Positions 1 through 8,114 of a stretch of 64,000 nucleotides of DNA are shown here, piece by piece. The stretch lies in the NCBI GenBank assembly GCA_963771515.1, contig CAVYTG010000001.1, positions 105,820 to 169,819 of the forward strand. The letters are read 5' to 3'. The notes under the pieces are model-generated. The model did not search any database. It was not told where the DNA came from and saw only the letters and a program-made list of their open reading frames with translations. How positions within the stretch are numbered: the first letter of the stretch is position 1; each line of letters starts with the position of its first letter. Position numbers and translations under genes: made by a program. The DNA is from an uncultured Gammaproteobacteria bacterium. Its GTDB lineage: Bacteria > Pseudomonadota > Gammaproteobacteria > CAVYTG01.

Positions 1-855
1 GCATGCGGCAGCGATTTTTCCAAAGACATGTACCATTAACCCCTTGTATGAGCGAACTTTACTTGCAATTTGAATGCCTGTTTTTTCATTAATCCAGTTA
101 AAGAAAGATTCAATAGGCTGCCTAACACTTGCAATAGCAGTTGTTAATAGGGCGTCTGTAGCATCCTTTAAAATTTGCCCTTTTTCCTTTTTTGGTGGGG
201 TATACAAAGTGTAGTGCTCAGACTCAAGTAAAGGCGTATTACCTATTTGATAAGCTTTATCAGCGAAAACTTTTGACTGAACCTCAGGTTCAATCTGTTC
301 ATAAGCCTTACGATCATGCACGCCTGCATGGGTTAGACCTATTTGATTAGGTAAAGGTAATTTTCCTGCTCTTCTGGTCCCTACAACATGAAGCTTAACC
401 CCGTAATAATGCATTTTTTTGGTAGCGCAGTAGCCATTGGCGCTAGCAATCTCTGGAGCTACCTTTGCTTGAAACCGTCGTCCTCTCTGAGCCATGATAA
501 TTGGCATAGAGTCTGTGATATTAATTTTTTCAGATGGCAGTTCACAGAGGGCTTCCCGTTGTATCAATTCTATCACCGGAACAAATACGTCGTACAGTTG
601 GTTGATCCGTGCATCATAGGCCTTATAGCCAGAGAGCTTTGGAAAAAATTCTCGTAGGTGCTGATCTGCATAGCTATGAATCTCTTTGATGCTTCTTCTA
701 CCAGCTAATACGCCAAACAGGTAGACAGTTAACACTTCCTCATCTGTAAAGCTCAGATCAGCATAGTTGCTATGGCGCATGCAATAACCATGCAATTTTG
801 GAAAATGCTTGCATACAAAAAGATACAGTGATATCAGTCTTAATTGCCAGTCCAT
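1..855 (-). mobile_element. IS982-family DDE transposase gene, N-terminal ~285 codons; ORF runs off the left window edge
   Basis: Manual minus-strand translation from ATG (revcomp of 853-855) gives MDWQLRLISLYLFVCKHFPKLHGY...EEVLTVYLFGVLAGRRSIKEIHSYADQHLREFFPKLSGYKAYDARINQL...TDSMPIIMAQRGRRFQAKV...KKMHYYGVKLHVVGT...FADKAYQ. Block order and the D(S/T) and (F)xDK(G/A)Y motifs match IS982 transposases from memory. No stop before position 1. The six-frame track misses it because it is incomplete. Confidence 0.6.
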
Positions 856-912
856 CTAGGCCTCCGTTAAGATTAGCTTTGGTAAAAAAACTATCCTAAC
901 TAATCCTGGGTG

Positions 913-1167
913 GACTTGCAGTTTATGAAGTTAGCTCTGGATTCGCATTTTAGTATAGATACAGATTACTTTAGAGAGTTTTTAGAACCATTAGATGAAT
1001 ATATACAAGAAGTTAGAAATAATAAACAGGAATATCCTAGCTTTAGGCTTTAGATTGAACATTTGATTGATGAATATGTTCAACATTATAATCATGAACG
1101 GCCCCATCAGGCATTGGGAGAATTAACTCCCCATGAGGCGTTTCTTCAGACAAAAATTATTTCTTAA
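913..1167 (+). pseudogene. IS3-family transposase (OrfB/integrase) C-terminal remnant with an in-frame stop
   Basis: Frame-1 translation reads ...SIDTDYFREFLEPLDEYIQEVRNNKQEYPSFRL*IEHLIDEYVQHYNHERPHQALGELTPHEAFLQTKIIS*. The YNxxRPHxALGxxTPxE tail is the conserved end of IS3 OrfB. Only about 85 codons remain and there is an internal TAG at 1051-1053. Confidence 0.5.
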
Positions 1168-1199
1168 TTTAGGACGCTTTTTGTCGGAACCGAAGGGGG

Positions 1200-1480
1200 C
1201 ATTTCACTTATGTGACTTTAATAAGCTTGGGGCTGGATTGCCGCGTCGCTTCGCTCCTCGCAATGACGGAGGCTGGATAATTTTACCTAACAACATAACT
1301 GATGACGGGAAGCGATGTTCAATGTGATGAACACGGTAGAAATCTTCATTGGCAGCAAGCACCTTCGTTTTGCAAGCTTTTTAATGGTTAATCAACAGAC
1401 CCTTGCAAAAAATTTAACCCTTTTTCCTCTTGCAGGCTAATTGTTTCAAGGCTTTTCGAATTCTTCAGAAGCGACTAGCT
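1200..1480. repeat. Composite repeat: truncated family-1 MITE (central hairpin plus right TIR only, 1200-1269) fused to a ~190-bp body; inverted copy of 27770..28133
   Basis: 1235-1269 ggattgccgcgtcgcttcgctcctcgcaatgacgg is the family-1 TIR. The reverse complement of 1250-1477 aligns at ~95% identity to 27770-28000. Confidence 0.6.
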
Positions 1481-1490
1481 ATATTTGACG

Positions 1491-2688
1491 TTAGCGTGAA
1501 GCAGGTGAAGAGACATCGTATGAAATTTGTGCAACTTTGTGCTTGAAAGCTCCTGCCTGACAGATCCACTTCCCTAAACGGATTCCGGGCTTTTCAATGT
1601 AGCGATAACAAAGGTCTGCAATGGGGAGTGTGATTAGGCTTAGGACAAGTCCTAACCCAAGCCCTGCGGTCAGAGAATGATGGGTGCAAAGGTCAGGAAA
1701 ATAAAAGTGCATTGCTTCAATCAAGGGATGTAGACCGATGACATTAAATAAATAAAGGCTATAGCTTATGCGGCCTAAATATTGAGAAAAGGGATGATTT
1801 AAACACCTTATCAGTAAACCTCGCTCATTATAATAGACAAAAGCGATTAACCCAAACACACTCATGCCCTGTAAAAATCTTCGAGCCAGCTCAACCATCA
1901 AGCCTGCATCATAAGGAAAGAAATGCTTTGTGGAGAGTGTGAAAAAAAGAAATAAAAATGCAAAACCAGGAGGAAGCATGGAAAAGAACCGTTTAGCTTT
2001 TGGTAAAAGTACCAGGAAGCCGAAAAAGAAACCCATCAGCCCAATGGGTTGATAAAAAGCAAATAGACAACCGTAGAGCAAGGTCAAAATAAAAGCAGTC
2101 CAAAAAAATCGGTCTTTTTGGAAGAGGCAAAACGCAAAAAATACAAAAGGCACAGCCAGCATTTCAGCTTGTAGGGTCCAGGAGGCTCCGTGCAGCGTTG
2201 TTTTATATAAGAAAAGATTTTCCCATAATGCGTTGATTGAAAAGTGGGTATGAAAGCGTGTAGGAGAAACTTGATGGAGTGCGTTAGAAATCCAGTAAAT
2301 GGCTAAAAGGCAAAAAATTAAGGCAGGGTAAATGCGAAACGTACGTTGTATGGCAAAGCGCACAAAATGTTGGATTTTACCTGAGGATAAGTGTTTTTGC
2401 TGAAGAGAGTGTATGAGTATCGCTCCACTTAATACAAAAAACAGATCTACGGCTGAATATCCATTAAAAATAATCAGGCTGATTTTAGGAAAAATATCGT
2501 GAAGGCGTGTCTAACGCATAAACAGGTTTTTTAAGAAGATCGGTAAATGCTGGGTTTACTCCTAAAATAGAATGGAAAAAAACAACGATTAAAGCCGCAT
2601 AGCCTCGTAATCCATCTAATGCAAAAAGCCTTGAAGACTTCATAAAGATATCCAGGAAAATAAAACACGGAAAACCAAGTTTAAACAA
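1491..2688 (-). pseudogene. Acyltransferase family 3 (OafA/OpgC-like) membrane protein, apparently frameshifted near 2485-2513
   Basis: The N-terminal ORF 2485..2688 reads MKSSRLFALDGLRGYAALIVVFFH... and stops at 2485. The C-terminal ORF frame stays open upstream to 2510 and reads ...ISLIIFNGYSAVDLFFVLSGAILIH...QRTFRIYPA..., which carries the acyltransferase-3 hallmarks VDLFFVLSG and RIYP. The two frames overlap, so a single indel would restore a ~390-aa protein. Confidence 0.5.
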
Positions 2689-2775
2689 GGTATTATTGGA
2701 AGTAAAGAGAGTTGGTGGCTTGGTAGTGGTTTTATCTTGGATTGACTATAAAACTTATGGCTTGGACAGAAAAAT

Positions 2776-3555
2776 ATGTTGGAAAATAAAATTGTTTTTA
2801 TTACTGGTGCTTCTAGTGGTATTGGGTTGGCTTGTGCTGAAGCGTTTGCCAAAGTTGGGGCAAAATTACTGCTTTGTGCAAGACGCCAAAATCTGCTAGA
2901 TGCGTTATCTACCCGTTTGCAAGATGCTTATGGGGTAGAGGTCTATAGTTTTCCATTAGATGTTTCTCAGCCTGCGGCGATTAAATCAGCTTTAGAACAG
3001 TTACCTGAGGCTTGGAAAGCCATTCAGGTGTTGGTGAATAATGCAGGTTTGGCAGCAGGTTTGGATTCGATTCAGGCAGGAGATCCGCAAGACTGGGAAG
3101 CAATGATTGATACCAATATCAAGGGGCTGCTCTATGTCACTAAATCTATACTGCCTCAGATGATAAATCGGAATTTAGGTCATATTATTAATATAGGATC
3201 CATTTCTGGGCATCAGGTCTATCCAAAGGGAGCAGTGTATTGTGCGACGAAATTTGCAGTGAATGCTTTAACACAAGGGTTAAGGATGGATTTGTTAGGC
3301 ACAGACATCAGGGTAACTACCATTGATCCGGGTGCTGTGGAAACACAGTTTAGTCAGGTGCGATTTAAAGGAGATATAAAAAAAGCAGCGGCAGTTTATG
3401 AAGGAATGCAGCCCTTAATGCCGGAGGATGTTGCTGATGCCGTATTATATTCTGCAACACGTCCCCAATATGTCAACATAGCTGAAATCATAATGACGCC
3501 AACTGCTCAAGTATCAGCAACGATGATCGCACGTAAAGGCAAACAGGAAATTTGA
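2776..3555 (+). CDS. Short-chain dehydrogenase/reductase, NADP-dependent (YdfG-like)
   Basis: TGASSGIG cofactor motif at the N-terminus and a YxxxK catalytic region (YCATKFAV). 259 aa. Confidence 0.8.
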   Translation: MLENKIVFITGASSGIGLACAEAFAKVGAKLLLCARRQNLLDALSTRLQDAYGVEVYSFPLDVSQPAAIKSALEQLPEAWKAIQVLVNNAGLAAGLDSIQAGDPQDWEAMIDTNIKGLLYVTKSILPQMINRNLGHIINIGSISGHQVYPKGAVYCATKFAVNALTQGLRMDLLGTDIRVTTIDPGAVETQFSQVRFKGDIKKAAAVYEGMQPLMPEDVADAVLYSATRPQYVNIAEIIMTPTAQVSATMIARKGKQEI

Positions 3556-3574
3556 GAAACGAACAGGAGGAACC

Positions 3575-4024
3575 ATGAATCATGAAGCCGTAGTAGAAGC
3601 ATTAAAAACAGTACTTGCAGACCATTATGCGCTCTACTTGAAAACGCAAAATTATCATTGGAATGTAGAAGGCCCCAATTTTAAAGCTTTACATTTATTG
3701 TTTGAAGAACAATATCAAGATTTAGCAGAAGCTGTTGATACAGCTGCAGAATTGATTCGAGGACTTGGGAAAAAAGCGCCAGGTACTTTTCAGGCGTATG
3801 AACAAATCACCTCGATCAAGCCTGGGAATGAGGATGCAACAGCGGATGAAATGGTAGAGGAACTTACAGGTGATCAGCTGTTAATGGAAAAGAGTTTGCT
3901 TAAGGCGTTGGAAACAGCCCAAAAAGTGGATGATGAGGTGGTCATTGGGTTTATCATTGAGCGTTTAACCGTACATCGTAAAGCTGCCTGGATGTTGAGA
4001 AGTAGTTTGAACTCAAGAGGATGA
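3575..4024 (+). CDS. dps: Dps, DNA-binding ferritin-like protein from starved cells
   Basis: YLKTQNYHWNVEGPNFKALHLLFEEQY is the Dps ferroxidase-site region. 149 aa. RBS aggagg lies upstream. Confidence 0.85.
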   Translation: MNHEAVVEALKTVLADHYALYLKTQNYHWNVEGPNFKALHLLFEEQYQDLAEAVDTAAELIRGLGKKAPGTFQAYEQITSIKPGNEDATADEMVEELTGDQLLMEKSLLKALETAQKVDDEVVIGFIIERLTVHRKAAWMLRSSLNSRG

Positions 4025-4927
4025 TCAAGTTTTGGACCTGTTATATACAAGCTCTGGTCCATAAAGCTCTGCAACTTCTTCATCGCTGATTATTTCGAAA
4101 TTTTCTTCAATATCAATTTGTTCAAGTTTGTTTTCCTGACTCCCTAAGTCGGTTTCAGTGGAGTCAAAAAAAATGCTTTTATGGCTTGAAATATTGAAAG
4201 AATCAGAAAGCTGATAAGAGGTTTTTAAAGATGTGCCCTCCTTGATTAAATTAGAGTCTTCAAGGCTTTTCAGAAAAGCAGTTGCTTCATCCATATTTGC
4301 AAAGGTTAGTTTTGTGATTTTTCCCGGATAATTGTTTTCAGCATATTTCTCACGTTGCGAAGCATCAAGATTTTTGAAGTAATCACTTCTTTGAAATGCC
4401 TCAAAGCTTTCAAACTCAAGGGTTTCAGAGGGATTGGTTTGATTCTGTGAAGCAGATTGATACAAATCTATAATTTGTTGTGAATGTTCAGGTGTTATTT
4501 GGTCAATTTCAAATACTTTTTCCCCAACATTAAGCGCTAGCAAGCAAGTATGATATTCTGCCTTTTGTTTATCATTTTCAGAATCTTGGCTTTGCTCATC
4601 TTGAGCAGTGACCGAAGTGGATTTTATTTGATTTTGAGCGGCTTCTAAAGTATCAAAATAACCATCAATCTGGCCTTTATTATATCCTCTAGTTAGGTAG
4701 AGATGATATTCTTCACCCATATCGGATTTTAGTTGGCGTGATTTTTGATTGATTTTTTCCATATTCTCTTGGTTAGTACCTGATTCAACAGCATCATTCA
4801 ATATTTTTTTTAAATCAGAAAGGGAAGCATTTATTGATTCTAAAAAACCATAATCAATTATTTGGCCTTCAAGCGCTTTAAGCTCAGCCAAAAAATCATT
4901 TATATTAAGTTCATTTAAATCTTTCAT
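4025..4927 (-). CDS. Hypothetical acidic, coiled-coil-rich protein (300 aa), no recognisable domain; effector-like composition
   Basis: Long ORF convergent with dps. Very acidic and Q/E/S-rich with low complexity. No TM segment or signal peptide seen. Confidence 0.5.
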   Translation of the reverse strand: MKDLNELNINDFLAELKALEGQIIDYGFLESINASLSDLKKILNDAVESGTNQENMEKINQKSRQLKSDMGEEYHLYLTRGYNKGQIDGYFDTLEAAQNQIKSTSVTAQDEQSQDSENDKQKAEYHTCLLALNVGEKVFEIDQITPEHSQQIIDLYQSASQNQTNPSETLEFESFEAFQRSDYFKNLDASQREKYAENNYPGKITKLTFANMDEATAFLKSLEDSNLIKEGTSLKTSYQLSDSFNISSHKSIFFDSTETDLGSQENKLEQIDIEENFEIISDEEVAELYGPELVYNRSKT

Positions 4928-5130
4928 GTCTAGACTCTTTTAATTTTTAGTATTGAATATTTTTGACCACTCTTTTATAAGCAGGCTATCAGTGAATTCT
5001 TAACAGAGTCTTAAATGCTTCATCAAATGCAGGCACTCTGGGCTTTGTAGAGGGAAAATTTATCTGTCATTGTTACGGTGTATTCGAACGGTAATATTTG
5101 CGCTATGCTACTGTTTTTGTAGCTATTCAC

Positions 5131-5250
5131 CCGTCATTGCGAGCGAAGCGTGGCAATCTAGGTAGGAGTTTGTATCGAAGAATCAAGCTTATGTGACTTT
5201 AATAAGCTTGGGGCTGGATTGCCGCGTCGCTTCGCTCCTCGCAATGACGG
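5131..5250. mobile_element. Family-1 MITE, complete copy (120 bp)
   Basis: TIRs ccgtcattgcgagcgaagcgtggcaatc ... gattgccgcgtcgcttcgctcctcgcaatgacgg flank a central hairpin aagcttatgtgactttaataagctt. Confidence 0.75.
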
Positions 5251-5288
5251 AGGGCTGTTAATTTGCTCAATAACATAGTTGATCCAGA

Positions 5289-5374
5289 TAGGAGTTTGTA
5301 TCAAAGGATCAAGCTTATGTGGCTTTTATAAGCTTAGGCCTGGATTGCCACGTCGCTTCGCTCCTCGCAATGAC
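5289..5374. mobile_element. Family-1 MITE, left-truncated copy, in tandem with 5131..5250
   Basis: Starts inside the element (ataggagtttgtatc...) and ends with ...ggattgccacgtcgcttcgctcctcgcaatgacggg. Confidence 0.65.
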
Positions 5375-5432
5375 GGGAGGGGTAGCTTCATGTGGTGAAT
5401 AATTATCTGTTTTTTTATGATGAGAACCATCA

Positions 5433-5864
5433 ATGGAAGCGAATCTGTCCATGTTAACAAATACCCAATGGAAAGGATTTTCCTTATTGGAACTTTTGGT
5501 TGTGATTGCTATTGTGAGTATATTTTCAGGTTGGGGTATGCGGTTGTATAGCCAACAAATGATGAAGGTCCAACGATATGCTGCTAAAATAGCTTTGCTG
5601 CAACTTGCTCGTCAATTGGAGCATTTTTATCAACATCACCATACCTATGAAGGGGCAAGCTTAGCAAAATTAAATCTGCCTACCAGTATAGAAACAGGAC
5701 ATTATAGAATTCAGTTAACAAGGTTGGGGAAGACTCATTTTTTTATTCAGGCTGTGCCTGTGCGTAATCAAATACGTGATGTAGAATGTGGAGCATTGGG
5801 CTTGGATCAAGCAGGGAGAAGGCATATGACGGGGCAAGGTTTAGTGACACATTGTTGGCAATAA
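5433..5864 (+). CDS. Type IV pilin / pseudopilin-like protein with prepilin cleavage-methylation domain; likely true start at the internal Met (5451)
   Basis: ...QWKGFSLLELLVVIAIVSIFSGW has G followed by FSLLE and a hydrophobic helix, which is the class III signal. Starting at 5451 gives a typical 8-aa leader. Confidence 0.65.
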   Translation: MEANLSMLTNTQWKGFSLLELLVVIAIVSIFSGWGMRLYSQQMMKVQRYAAKIALLQLARQLEHFYQHHHTYEGASLAKLNLPTSIETGHYRIQLTRLGKTHFFIQAVPVRNQIRDVECGALGLDQAGRRHMTGQGLVTHCWQ

Positions 5865-5881
5865 AAAAGAGGGGTTCAAAA

Positions 5882-7051
5882 GTGAACGATATAACAATCG
5901 TTGGAGGAGGAATCATTGGGTTGATGTGTGCTGCTCGCCTCTCTCTTTATGCAGAAGATTTAGAGATAACTATTATTCAGGATAAAGCGCCGGTGTTAAA
6001 TTGGAAGGCAGATGAGCTGCCTGGCCGAGTCAGTGCGATCAACCGGTTTTCTCAGCGGCTGTTTGAAACGCTTGGGCTTTGGGAGCTTGTATTGCAGGAA
6101 GCTACACCTTATTACCACATGTTGGTTTGGGATAAAGAAAGTGGAGGTCAAGTTGCTTTTGATAGTATGGAGGTAGAAGAACCAGATTTAGGCCATATTG
6201 CAACCAACAGAATTTTGCAAAAGGTGTTGTGGCAATATCTTTCTTCACGTCCACAGGTCTGCTTGAAGACAGGAGAGGTACCGCTTTCATTTAAAATGCA
6301 TGAAGCGTTTGTAGCGCTTGAGCTCGAGAAAAGTACTATCCAGTCGCGTTTGCTGATTGGTGCAGATGGGGCGGCTTCCTGGGTTCGGCGACAGTTAGGG
6401 TTTGAATGCTATGAACAAAATTATGGTCATTCTGCATTGACGGTTTGTGTTCATTTGGAAAAGCCGCATGCATATACAGCATATCAATGTTTTTCTGATG
6501 GAGAAATATTAGCCTTTTTACCACTGAAAGATCCTCATCAAGCATCCATTGTCTGGTCAGCTTCACCTCAGCGTGCAGAACATCTTAAGCAAATGCCTTT
6601 TGAAGCATTTAATGCAGCACTGATGAATGCAATAGAAGGTCGGTTAGGGCAAGTAGCTTGTATCAATGAAAGACTGACATTCCCTTTAAGCATGCGGCAC
6701 AGTAAATCTTACGTGAGGGACCGGGTGGCGTTGATTGGAGATGCAATCCATACCATACATCCTTTAGCTGGCCAGGGCCTGAATTTAGGCTTACAAGATG
6801 CCATTTGCCTGGCAGATTTTATTAAAAAGGCACATGAGCAAAGGCGAGATATTGGAGGTTTGGCTACATTGCGTCGGTATGAACGTGCGCGTGTAGGTGA
6901 GAATTGGAAGATGATTGCAGCCATGGATGGGTTAAAAAGGATTTTCTGCCATCCAGTCAGAGGACTATTGCCCTTTCGGAAATTTGGGATGAAGCACGTG
7001 GATCAAAGTCGCTTGATTAAAAAATATTTCATTCGAGAGGCTTTAGGGTGA
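5882..7051 (+). CDS. FAD-dependent ubiquinone-biosynthesis hydroxylase, UbiH/UbiF/UbiI family
   Basis: The GTG at 5882 is preceded by aagagggg. ITIVGGGIIGLMCA is the FAD-binding motif, and GADGAASWVRRQLG and GDAIHTIHPLAGQGLNLGLQDA are the family motifs. The track ORF from 5786 overlaps the pilin gene and is probably too long. Confidence 0.75.
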   Translation: MNDITIVGGGIIGLMCAARLSLYAEDLEITIIQDKAPVLNWKADELPGRVSAINRFSQRLFETLGLWELVLQEATPYYHMLVWDKESGGQVAFDSMEVEEPDLGHIATNRILQKVLWQYLSSRPQVCLKTGEVPLSFKMHEAFVALELEKSTIQSRLLIGADGAASWVRRQLGFECYEQNYGHSALTVCVHLEKPHAYTAYQCFSDGEILAFLPLKDPHQASIVWSASPQRAEHLKQMPFEAFNAALMNAIEGRLGQVACINERLTFPLSMRHSKSYVRDRVALIGDAIHTIHPLAGQGLNLGLQDAICLADFIKKAHEQRRDIGGLATLRRYERARVGENWKMIAAMDGLKRIFCHPVRGLLPFRKFGMKHVDQSRLIKKYFIREALG

Positions 7052-7165
7052 TCAAACATTGTAACGTTCAATCTTCATTAGTAAAGCGTTGTTAATGCTT
7101 TGTGTTTTCTTTAAAAAAACATAAAAATCAAAAAGTTACTCTCAATTGTTCTATAATTGTAATTA

Positions 7166-7205
7166 CCCTTTCGTCATTGCGAGCAAAGCGCAGCGATGAC
7201 AGGGG
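7166..7205. repeat. Family-1 MITE TIR fragment / hairpin
   Basis: ccctttcgtcattgcgagcaaagcgcagcgatgacagggg. Confidence 0.5.
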
Positions 7206-7263
7206 AGTAGTTATCTATAATTAAAATAATGTGAATAAAAGTGAGGCATTAAGGATGAGATGT

Positions 7264-7767
7264 ATGAATATAAAAAGGATTTTAGGATTTTTTGTATTGT
7301 TGCTAGCACCAGTGACTTTGCTTGCAATACCAGATAAAAAAATATCCGTTAACGATGCGAATACCTCGCTTACGACTAAGCAGGTCCAGCTGGCAGCACA
7401 TGGCGGCGGTCGTGGATGGCATGGTGGCCGAGGTTTTCGAGGTGGTCATGGTTGGCATGGTGCTCGAGGTTTTCGAGGTGGTCGTGGTTGGCATGGCGGT
7501 CGTGGTTGGCATGGCGGTCGTGGCTGGTATAACGGTCGTGGTTGGTATCGTACCCGCGGCTGGCAAGGTGGTTGGCGTGGCGGCTGGATTGGAGGCGTTT
7601 GGTATGCACCGGGTGTTATTCCTCCTGGCTACTATGTAGGATGTAGGAGAGTTAAGGTGTATCGCAGAGTTTGTCGTCCATACTGCTATTGGAGCAATCG
7701 TTACCGTGCTGAACGATGCACTACAAAGTGTACGTCTTACCCTTATTGGATAAGACGTTGTTGGTAA
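7264..7767 (+). CDS. Secreted Gly/Arg/Trp/His tandem-repeat protein with Cys-rich basic C-terminus (hypothetical)
   Basis: The ATG at 7264 follows aagga. Signal-peptide-like MNIKRILGFFVLLLAPVTLLAIP, then about nine copies of GGRGWHG/GRGFRGG, then CRRVKVYRRVCRPYCYWSNRYRAERCTTKCTSYPYWIRRCW with 6 Cys. The overlapping ORFs 7303..7566, 7322..7639 and 7376..7609 are artefacts of the DNA repeat. Confidence 0.6.
   Translation: MNIKRILGFFVLLLAPVTLLAIPDKKISVNDANTSLTTKQVQLAAHGGGRGWHGGRGFRGGHGWHGARGFRGGRGWHGGRGWHGGRGWYNGRGWYRTRGWQGGWRGGWIGGVWYAPGVIPPGYYVGCRRVKVYRRVCRPYCYWSNRYRAERCTTKCTSYPYWIRRCW
7396..7590. repeat. Tandem ~21-bp coding repeats (ggtcgtggttggcatggcggt variants)
   Basis: Visible direct repetition of ggYcgWggHtggcatggYgg units inside the CDS. 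Confidence 0.8.
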
Positions 7768-7776
7768 AGTCCTGAC

Positions 7777-7807
7777 AAGGAGCAGTGACAGGCTGCTCCT
7801 TTTTTAA
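7777..7807 (+). terminator. Rho-independent terminator after the Gly-rich gene
   Basis: caaggagcagtgacaggctgctcct is a GC-rich hairpin followed by tttttta. Confidence 0.6.
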
Positions 7808-7840
7808 TCTGGATTTCGCAGTAGTTTTCAACTGTCGAAT

Positions 7841-8020
7841 CAGCAATTCCTTCCCTGCCGGGCAAGAATTGCTTCTCTTGATTATCGTGGCTCGCAAGCC
7901 AAGCTTTCGATCGTTTTTAAGGGAAAGAATCGCGATTCTCCCTCTTAACATCCCCCATCGCGAATAGAGAAGCGATGCAAGCAATTGATAAATTAAAGTA
8001 TTTCCCGTCGGGAATTGCTG
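7841..8020. mobile_element. Family-2 MITE, complete copy (180 bp), upstream of ileS
   Basis: TIR cagcaattcc...ggaattgctg with nested internal palindromes (gggaaagaatcgcgattctccc, atcgcgaat). About 85% identical to 34057..34236. Confidence 0.7.
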
Positions 8021-8114
8021 CTATCGAATTTAGATCCCAGATTTAGCAATATCTTTCATGACAAACTGATGAGTGATCAGTTAAACTCTTATGACATCCT
8101 TCTTCTAAAAATAA

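Noticed and set aside
388-657. 89-aa plus-strand ORF in the six-frame track
   Set aside because: It lies entirely inside, and antisense to, the much longer IS982-type transposase reading frame on the minus strand. It has no motif support.
1291-1480. The approximately 190-bp repeat body considered as a possible small RNA (it sits where ssrS lies relative to zapA in E. coli, at 27770-27960)
   Set aside because: It is present in two near-identical inverted copies joined to MITE sequence. That is the behaviour of a repeat element, not a single-copy 6S RNA. A better 6S candidate exists upstream of ygfA.
5786-5881. Long N-terminal extension of the UbiH-family ORF (track start 5786)
   Set aside because: It overlaps the pilin gene by about 80 nt. 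A GTG at 5882 with a good RBS precedes the FAD-binding GxGxxG motif by the expected distance.
7303-7639. Three overlapping ORFs (7303..7566 minus, 7322..7639 plus, 7376..7609 minus) with repetitive T/M/H-rich translations
   Set aside because: They are alternative-frame or antisense readings of the about 21-bp tandem DNA repeats encoding the Gly/Arg-rich protein. The frame with signal peptide, RBS and terminator (7264..7767) is the coherent one.
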